NCBI GenBank assembly: GCA_039920285.1
Contig: JBDSDX010000001.1
Span: forward strand, 390,001 to 422,000
Direction of reading: 5' to 3'
Source of the DNA: Candidatus Saccharimonadota bacterium
GTDB lineage: Bacteria; Patescibacteriota; Saccharimonadia; Saccharimonadales; Saccharimonadaceae
Length of the DNA: 32,000 nt
Both the position numbers and the translations under genes were made by a program. The notes below the pieces were generated by a model. The model was not told the DNA's origin, ran no database searches, and worked only from the letters and a program-made list of their open reading frames with translations. This document shows, in pieces, positions 27,106 to 32,000 of the stretch (position 1 is the stretch's first letter; every line of letters begins with the position of its first letter).

Positions 27106-28464
27106 ATGACAGGTCGTCGTATTACCCCGAATCAGATACAGCGAATAACTCGTGGGTTTACGATCGTCGAATTGCTTATTGTCATCGTCGTGATTGGCAT
27201 TCTCGCGACGCTGGCAATTATCGCGTATACAGGGGTACAGAGTAAGGCGATTATTGCTTTGGTGACTGAAGATCTTCAACAAGCCAATAAACAGCTGAGT
27301 ATCTATCACTCTGAAAACAATGAAACATACCCAGTTGATTTAGCGAATACCAATAACGGTACCGGTCTTAAGTTTAATAGTCAGTCGACTCTTATATACA
27401 CGGCATACAACGAAAATACCCCCGTTACGTACTGTTTAACAGCCCTCGTTGGGACAATTGTCTATCACGTTGAAGCTAATGCGCCACCCGTACAGGGATA
27501 TTGCCCGGATCATGAACCTCTCGGTATTGTGGCAGCACCAGCAATTAACACGACAGTTAATAGCTATTCTCAGATAACGGTAGATTGGGATCTTGTTGAT
27601 GATGCTGATTCGTACAGTATTCAGTACACGCCTGACGCTAGTTTTATGAGTGGAATTTCCACGATATCAGGCATTACGGCAGCTACTCAGGCTGTGACTG
27701 GCCTGAATCCCTCAACAACCTATTACTTCCGTGCCTTTTCGGTCAATAGTGTCGGCACGAGTACGGCATCATCTGTCGTATCCGACGATACGCCGGCAGC
27801 ACCAATTGCCGGGTCACCTGACTGTACTGTCGCGGTGAATTCACCGTCACAAATAACCGTCTCGTGGACGAGTGTCCCGGGAGCCGTTTCTTATACGATT
27901 GAGTATTCTACTTCAAGTACCTACACAACGAAGACGACTTTGAGTGGTTTAACGACGAGCCCTCGCGTTATCACCGGGCTATCTGCCGGAATAAAATACT
28001 ACGTTCGTTGCTTTAGTGTCAATGCGAGTGCGGTTGCTGGCCCTACGTCACCGTCCGCCACCGGTATAACGACCATTTCGGCGCCAGATTCACCAACGGT
28101 CTCGGCATCAATCCCTGGTTCTGCTCGCGCCGCGTCATCTGGACCGTGGGCGAAGAACTATCATGGGGATCCGTCATCTGGAACTTGGTATTATGTAGTG
28201 GCGGCAATGTCGAGCTCAACCTGCGCATCGGGAACAACAAAAGAGTATCGTGCGCGTATGCAATACAATTCGCCAACCACGTGGGGAGCATGGACTGGCT
28301 GGACGACAAGTTCATCGTTCTATGCCGTACAGCCAAATAGTGGATATGGTGCTCGTTTCGAGGCTCAAACTCACTGTAAGACCTCAAACTATACTTCAAG
28401 CGGCTCGGCATACAGCTATGGGTGTCGTTGGCGATCAGGCTCAACCACTTGCTCAGGGTTCTAG
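27106..28464 (+). CDS. modular type IV pilin-like protein: prepilin signal + head + two FN3 modules + unassigned Cys/Trp-rich C-terminal domain
   Basis: 452 aa. N-terminus MTGRRITPNQIQRITRG|FTIVELLIVIVVIGILATLAIIAY has Gly-1, Phe+1 and Glu+5. Cys pair TYCLTA...GYCPDH. FN3-like aa ~143-222 and ~232-315. C-terminal ~128 aa has 4 Cys and many W/Y/S/T. TGcTAAAAT ends 7 nt before the ATG. Confidence 0.88.
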   Translation: MTGRRITPNQIQRITRGFTIVELLIVIVVIGILATLAIIAYTGVQSKAIIALVTEDLQQANKQLSIYHSENNETYPVDLANTNNGTGLKFNSQSTLIYTAYNENTPVTYCLTALVGTIVYHVEANAPPVQGYCPDHEPLGIVAAPAINTTVNSYSQITVDWDLVDDADSYSIQYTPDASFMSGISTISGITAATQAVTGLNPSTTYYFRAFSVNSVGTSTASSVVSDDTPAAPIAGSPDCTVAVNSPSQITVSWTSVPGAVSYTIEYSTSSTYTTKTTLSGLTTSPRVITGLSAGIKYYVRCFSVNASAVAGPTSPSATGITTISAPDSPTVSASIPGSARAASSGPWAKNYHGDPSSGTWYYVVAAMSSSTCASGTTKEYRARMQYNSPTTWGAWTGWTTSSSFYAVQPNSGYGARFEAQTHCKTSNYTSSGSAYSYGCRWRSGSTTCSGF

Positions 28465-28472
28465 TGCTACCC

Positions 28473-28501
28473 TTGTGAAACGGACTGTTCTTTAGTAGAA
28501 T
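28473..28501 (+). promoter_or_regulatory. promoter of tRNA-Phe (TTGTGA-17 nt-TAGAAT)
   Basis: TTGTGA at 28473-28478, 17-nt spacer, TAGAAT at 28496-28501. Confidence 0.5.
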
Positions 28502-28524
28502 ATACAGAGCAGAACGCTGACCAT

Positions 28525-28600
28525 GGCTCTTTAGCTCAGTTGGTAGAGCAGTGGATTGAAGATCCACGTGTCCCCAGTTCGAGTCTGGGAGGAGCCACCA
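28525..28600 (+). tRNA. tRNA-Phe (anticodon GAA), CCA encoded
   Basis: Acceptor GGCTCTT/AGGAGCC, D arm GCTC-AGTTGGTA-GAGC, anticodon arm GTGGA-TTGAAGA-TCCAC, T arm CCAGT-TCGAGTC-TGGGA region, then ACCA. Confidence 0.92.
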
Positions 28601-28603
28601 ATT

Positions 28604-28635
28604 AAAAAATCTCAACCTCGCCGTTGAGATTTTTT
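28604..28635 (+). terminator. rho-independent terminator after tRNA-Phe (A-run/hairpin/T-run, potentially bidirectional)
   Basis: AAAAAATCTCAAC-CTCGCC-GTTGAGATTTTTT. Confidence 0.75.
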
Positions 28636-28662
28636 AATTGAGCGCTTTTTTGACGTGTAAGG

Positions 28663-28691
28663 TTGAAAAAACCACTGTTATTCGCTATACT
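28663..28691 (+). promoter_or_regulatory. promoter of tRNA-Gly (TTGAAA-17 nt-TATACT)
   Basis: TTGAAA at 28663-28668, 17-nt spacer, TATACT at 28686-28691. Confidence 0.5.
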
Positions 28692-28702
28692 TTTCTAAGT
28701 AT

Positions 28703-28778
28703 GCGGGTGTAGCTCAGCTGTTAGAGCGCATCCTTGCCAAGGATGAGGCCCAGGGTTAGAGTCCCTGTACCCGCACCA
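28703..28778 (+). tRNA. tRNA-Gly (anticodon GCC), CCA encoded, atypical D-loop/T-loop elbow
   Basis: Acceptor GCGGGTG/TACCCGC, D arm GCTC-AGCTGTTA-GAGC, anticodon arm CATCC-TTGCCAA-GGATG, T arm CAGGG-TTAGAGT-CCCTG, then ACCA. Confidence 0.88.
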
Positions 28779-28793
28779 AAAAATTCGAATTAC

Positions 28794-28812
28794 GAGCCGC
28801 AAGGCTCTTTTT
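28794..28812 (+). terminator. short rho-independent terminator after tRNA-Gly
   Basis: GAGCC-GCAA-GGCTC followed by TTTTT. Only a 5-bp stem. Confidence 0.45.
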
Positions 28813-28840
28813 CTTTGCCATAATGAGGTAAAATGAAACT

Positions 28841-29272
28841 ATGAAAGAAATGACATTCTCACTTGAAATCCATGCCTCTAAAGAGACGGTATGGAATACT
28901 TTATGGCAAGATGAAACACTTCGCGAATGGATGGGTGTTATTGACCCAGGAACGTATATGGTTGGTGATCTTAAGGAAGGTAATGAAATACAGTATATTT
29001 CTGCTGAAAATGGTTACGGCGTAACAAGCTTGGTCGAAACTCTCGTCAAATATGAATTCGTATTGTTCACACACACTGCAGATACGCAGGATACTGGAAA
29101 GCGTGAGCGTGCGAAAGAGTGGACTGGTGGTAAAGAGAGCTACTTACTCGTCGAGAAAGATGGAATCACAACACTGAAGGCTGTGTATGATGTTCCATTA
29201 AAAATGGTAGAGTATTTTGAAGTTGCCTATCCTAAAGCGCTGGGTAAAGTAAAGGAATTGGCTGAAAAGTAA
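28841..29272 (+). CDS. SRPBCC superfamily protein (AHSA1/START-like)
   Basis: 143-aa ORF. The N-terminus I.ASKE.VW..L.....L..W is typical of the AHSA1/polyketide-cyclase-like fold family. TAAAAT at 28829-28834 ends 6 nt before the ATG. Confidence 0.6.
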   Translation: MKEMTFSLEIHASKETVWNTLWQDETLREWMGVIDPGTYMVGDLKEGNEIQYISAENGYGVTSLVETLVKYEFVLFTHTADTQDTGKRERAKEWTGGKESYLLVEKDGITTLKAVYDVPLKMVEYFEVAYPKALGKVKELAEK

Positions 29273-29311
29273 CGACAATTTGGTATAATACATCTAGTAC
29301 ATCATTAACCA

Positions 29312-29447
29312 ATATCAAGAGTACAGCGAGAGTCCTAGCTCTATGACCTGTCGCCAACCTACTGTTTTTAGTAAGGTGGTACACCTAGCCCGCAGGGGAA
29401 GGATAAGAATCATTCTTGATCCTTTCTATGCATGAAAGGATATTTTT
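29312..29447 (+). promoter_or_regulatory. SAM riboswitch of the SAM-I clan (S-box-like; SAM-I versus SAM-IV subtype not resolved) with intrinsic terminator
   Basis: Downstream of TGgTATAAT (29281-29289). ATCAAGAG...CAGCGAGAG...GCTCTATGACCTGT (P2 with an ATGA kink-turn-like bulge), GCCAACC, P3 CCTACT-GTTTT-AGTAAGG, then GGTGGTACACCTAGCC, CCC-GCA-GGG and GAAGGATAAGA. This is the order and wording of the S-box core. Terminator ATCCTTTC-TATGCAT-GAAAGGAT+ATTTTT abuts the metK ATG. Confidence 0.65.
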
Positions 29448-30395
29448 ATGTCAACATTTAGAACCGCTGAGTCGGTCTCACCGAAACATCCAGACAAGGT
29501 ATGTGATCAGATTTCTGATGCAATCTTGGATGCACATTTGAAACAAGATAAAGATGCTCGCGTCGCGATTGACGTCGCTGGTGGTCATGGTGTTGTTTTC
29601 GTGACGGGAGAAGTGACTTCAAAAGCCAAGAGTATCGATGTAGAAGCGATTGTGAAGCGTATCGCAGGTGATGTGAAGGTAATTGAGCATATTGCCGCCC
29701 AAAGTCCTGAAATTGCACACGGTGTCGATACGGGCGGTGCAGGTGACCAAGGTATTATGGTTGGTTATGCGACTGACGAAACACCAGAATACTTGCCACT
29801 TGAATATGTATTGGCTCGAAAGCTCAACCAAAATTTGTATGAACGCTGGCCGTACGACGGTAAGACCCAGGTGACGATAAAAGATGGAGTAATTGTGTCT
29901 ATTGTCGCAAGTTTCCAACATGCTGAACGAAAAGAATTGGCAGCTCAGGTGTTAACTTGGTTAAAACATGAACCGCTCGCAAAAACTGACGAACCTGTGG
30001 AGTTTCATATTAACCCTGCAGGTGATTGGGATCTTGGTGGTTTCGACGCTGATGCTGGATTGACGGGCCGAAAACTCGTCGTCGATAATTACGGACCACG
30101 CATTCCAATTGGTGGCGGTGCGTTCAGTGGCAAAGATCCGAGTAAAGTCGACCGCTCGGGTGCGTACATGGCACGTAGAATCGCAGTTGATTATCTGAAA
30201 AAACGACAAGCCAAAGAAGTCTATGTGTATTTGGCCTATGCGATTGGCTACGCACACCCACTTGAAGCGACAGTCATTATCGATGGCAAGCGTGAATTGG
30301 TAGAAGGATATGACCTTTCGCCGAATGGGATTATAACATTATTAAATCTGAAACATATTGAGTACGAGCCATTGGCTCGGTACGGACATTTTTAA
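29448..30395 (+). CDS. metK: S-adenosylmethionine synthetase, compact form (315 aa)
   Basis: ESVS.KHPDKVCDQISDAILD, GAGDQGIMVGYA, DGKTQVT, DAGLTGRKLVVDNYG and GGGAFSGKDPSKVDRSGAYMAR. The protein ends at ...ARYGHF. Confidence 0.9.
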   Translation: MSTFRTAESVSPKHPDKVCDQISDAILDAHLKQDKDARVAIDVAGGHGVVFVTGEVTSKAKSIDVEAIVKRIAGDVKVIEHIAAQSPEIAHGVDTGGAGDQGIMVGYATDETPEYLPLEYVLARKLNQNLYERWPYDGKTQVTIKDGVIVSIVASFQHAERKELAAQVLTWLKHEPLAKTDEPVEFHINPAGDWDLGGFDADAGLTGRKLVVDNYGPRIPIGGGAFSGKDPSKVDRSGAYMARRIAVDYLKKRQAKEVYVYLAYAIGYAHPLEATVIIDGKRELVEGYDLSPNGIITLLNLKHIEYEPLARYGHF

Positions 30396-30428
30396 TGAAC
30401 TATAACAAAATCATCTACAGTAACGAGA

Positions 30429-30457
30429 TTGCAAATACCTGAAACCACGCTTACAAT
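30429..30457 (+). promoter_or_regulatory. promoter (TTGCAA-17 nt-TACAAT) for the 30485-31018 gene
   Basis: TTGCAA at 30429-30434, 17-nt spacer, TACAAT at 30452-30457. AGAGGAG SD sits before ATG 30485. Confidence 0.5.
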
Positions 30458-30484
30458 AAGCACCACTAATAAAGAGGAGTTTGT

Positions 30485-31018
30485 ATGCCAAAGCCAGCAA
30501 TTATTGTCGCAGGAATCGTAGGAGCAGTTGTTGTTATTGGAGGCGGTACATTCCTGGCCCTCAACATGATGAAACCAGGAGCTAATTCATCAACATCGAG
30601 CACGAGCTCAACCTCAAAAGTAGCCTTAGTTGACCCTGACGGTGTGTATGATTTCTTCTCAGATCCAAGCGTCACGAAGCACCCTGAAAAGAATGCTAAA
30701 TTTGGTAATGGTCAAACATTCACTTTTGAATATGATGGTTCTAAAACCAATAACGACCCATACGCAACATTATCGTACCAGCTCTATTACATTCAGAATG
30801 ATGGAAAAACTCAACCAATTGGTGGCGGTAACGTTGTCGGTAAGGGAAGTGGTACATTCACCGTTTCTGATAAAGTGTACGATTCAAACACGAAAGATCG
30901 CAACGGATTCTTTGAACTTCAGGGGACTTACGATACAGGATTGACCGACGCGGGTGCGATCAATGGCAAGAATGTGAAACTGGGTATGTATCCTATCACT
31001 TTTGACTACGCAGAATAA
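30485..31018 (+). CDS. hypothetical membrane-anchored extracytoplasmic protein
   Basis: 177-aa ORF with a good SD. N-terminal TM helix (AIIVAGIVGAVVVIGGGTFLAL), a Ser/Thr linker (SSTSSTSSTS), then a ~120-aa G/T/Y/D-rich domain that is probably beta-rich. No family recognised. Confidence 0.6.
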   Translation: MPKPAIIVAGIVGAVVVIGGGTFLALNMMKPGANSSTSSTSSTSKVALVDPDGVYDFFSDPSVTKHPEKNAKFGNGQTFTFEYDGSKTNNDPYATLSYQLYYIQNDGKTQPIGGGNVVGKGSGTFTVSDKVYDSNTKDRNGFFELQGTYDTGLTDAGAINGKNVKLGMYPITFDYAE

Positions 31019-31027
31019 ATATTCGTA

Positions 31028-31072
31028 GATACGAAAAGTTCGCCGTCTGGCTCAAGCCAGAGTATGGCGAAC
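31028..31072 (-). terminator. rho-independent terminator for the minus-strand orphan gene; also separates the convergent genes
   Basis: Minus strand reads GTTCGCC-ATAC-TCTGGC-TTGA-GCCAGA-C-GGCGAAC followed by TTTTCGT. Confidence 0.6.
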
Positions 31073-31089
31073 CTTTCGGCGAACGGGTG

Positions 31090-31440
31090 TTACTGAGCCA
31101 GACCAAGCCACTCCGCTTCGATCCTCGGATCTCCCTTTCTGTTTTGAAAAAGACGAACGAGCCGAATCATGGGATAGCGATTGCTCGCCAGCAGATGATT
31201 CGTGTTCAAGACCATCACGGTGAAGTCGAGCGTGTACTCGTCTTCGGAGATCTTTTCGATCGTTAGGTTGACGGAAGAGTCGGGCGCGAGGCTGACACCG
31301 GGATGCATGAGAAGCGTATCGATGCTGCGCTTGGCCATCCTAGCCCAGGCGCGCTCGGAATACTTCACTTTGACTGGAAACGTTACCACGAAGTGGACAG
31401 TTTCCTTGTACTCAGGTTTTTTTTCGAGCGTTCGGCGCAT
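31090..31440 (-). CDS. hypothetical protein (orphan, 116 aa) in a locally GC-rich segment
   Basis: ATG 31440 is preceded by a GGAAGG SD 5 nt upstream. The longer TTG-initiated ORF (to 31494) would start inside the -10 box of its own promoter. No family recognised. Confidence 0.5.
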   Translation of the reverse strand: MRRTLEKKPEYKETVHFVVTFPVKVKYSERAWARMAKRSIDTLLMHPGVSLAPDSSVNLTIEKISEDEYTLDFTVMVLNTNHLLASNRYPMIRLVRLFQNRKGDPRIEAEWLGLAQ

Positions 31441-31485
31441 AACGGCCTTCCAATTGTGTCGAATGTGCGAAGGTGTAACAGTGGT

Positions 31486-31514
31486 AATATACAATAATTA
31501 CATTAAAAAAGCAA
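31486..31514 (-). promoter_or_regulatory. promoter (TTGCTT-17 nt-TATATT, minus strand) for the orphan gene
   Basis: Minus strand has TTGCTT (plus 31509-31514), a 17-nt spacer, then TATATT (plus 31486-31491). Confidence 0.45.
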
Positions 31515-31531
31515 GATAATGAACGCTGTCG

Positions 31532-32000
31532 TTATTGTGCGCCGATTTTTAGGACGTCACCACTTAGTTTGTCGCGGAAGTAGCCATCGTGACTGACATA
31601 GATAATCGCGCCAGAGTATTTACCAAGAGCTGTTTCTAATTCTTCGACACTAGGGAGGTCAAGGTGGTTCGTCGGTTCGTCGAGGATGAGAAGTTGTGGA
31701 TCATTGGCGAGCATGGCAATCAATTGAAAACGAGCTTTTTGTCCACCGCTGAGGCGTTTGACAGGAGTTTTACCATCACCTTCGCTAAAAAGGTAGTCAC
31801 TCATAATTGAACGAATCTTAGTCGTCGTGATAGGTAATTCGCGCGATAAGTACATTTTTTCGATCGCTTCTTCGAGAGGCATTTCAAAATAAGTTGATGA
31901 CACTTCTTGTTCGTAGATACCGACACGGACTTGCTTGTCGAGTGAAAGTTCGCCGTCATAAGTTGTGACCGAGTCATCACCGAGGATTGCTTTAATGAGT
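31532..32000 (-). CDS. ABC-F family ATPase, C-terminal part (gene continues beyond the window end)
   Basis: LSGGQKARFQLIAMLANDPQLLILDEPTNHLD gives the signature plus Walker B, followed by an H-loop (VSHD). The reading frame stays open upstream of the listed GTG at 31903 through position 32000. Confidence 0.85.
   Translation of the reverse strand, partial: LIKAILGDDSVTTYDGELSLDKQVRVGIYEQEVSSTYFEMPLEEAIEKMYLSRELPITTTKIRSIMSDYLFSEGDGKTPVKRLSGGQKARFQLIAMLANDPQLLILDEPTNHLDLPSVEELETALGKYSGAIIYVSHDGYFRDKLSGDVLKIGAQ

Noticed and set aside
28043-28615. 190-aa minus-strand ORF overlapping the pilin 3' end and tRNA-Phe. Similarly 17853-18056 (minus) across the tRNA-Val/Leu region, and many 60-126-aa antisense ORFs inside uvrA, GH13, the pilins and others.
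   Set aside because: They lie antisense to well-supported genes or tRNAs, lack start signals, and have no recognisable motifs. They are typical shadow ORFs.

Overview
Gene-dense, low-GC bacterial chromosome segment with very short intergenic regions. It carries housekeeping genes: uvrA, uvrC, typA, rarA, a murF-like gene, ddl, rplY, secG, metK and four tRNAs. It also has three type IV pilin-like genes, clear sigma70-type promoters and many start codons directly behind a -10 box. By inference only, this fits a small-genome Patescibacteria/CPR (Saccharibacteria-like) organism.

The standout is a tandem pair of large modular pilins at 10866-15325. Each has a prepilin signal, a pilin head, one FN3 module and exactly three tandem phage tail-collar (MdpB-like) units. 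I read this as a single-chain pseudo-trimeric phage receptor-binding-like knob displayed on a pilus, and I do not know of a prior description.

Other points worth a second look:
- a third modular pilin with two FN3 modules and an unassigned Cys/Trp-rich C-terminal domain
- an unassigned GC-rich structured-RNA candidate with a near-consensus promoter between trhO and uvrC
- a SAM-I-clan riboswitch with a terminator that also buries the SD, upstream of a compact MetK
- a MurF-like ligase with a membrane hairpin in place of its N-terminal domain
- a tRNA-Gly with a compensated U19:A56 elbow pair
- a GH37 trehalase
- a small GC-rich orphan-gene island

No CRISPR array, transposase, integrase or rRNA was seen.
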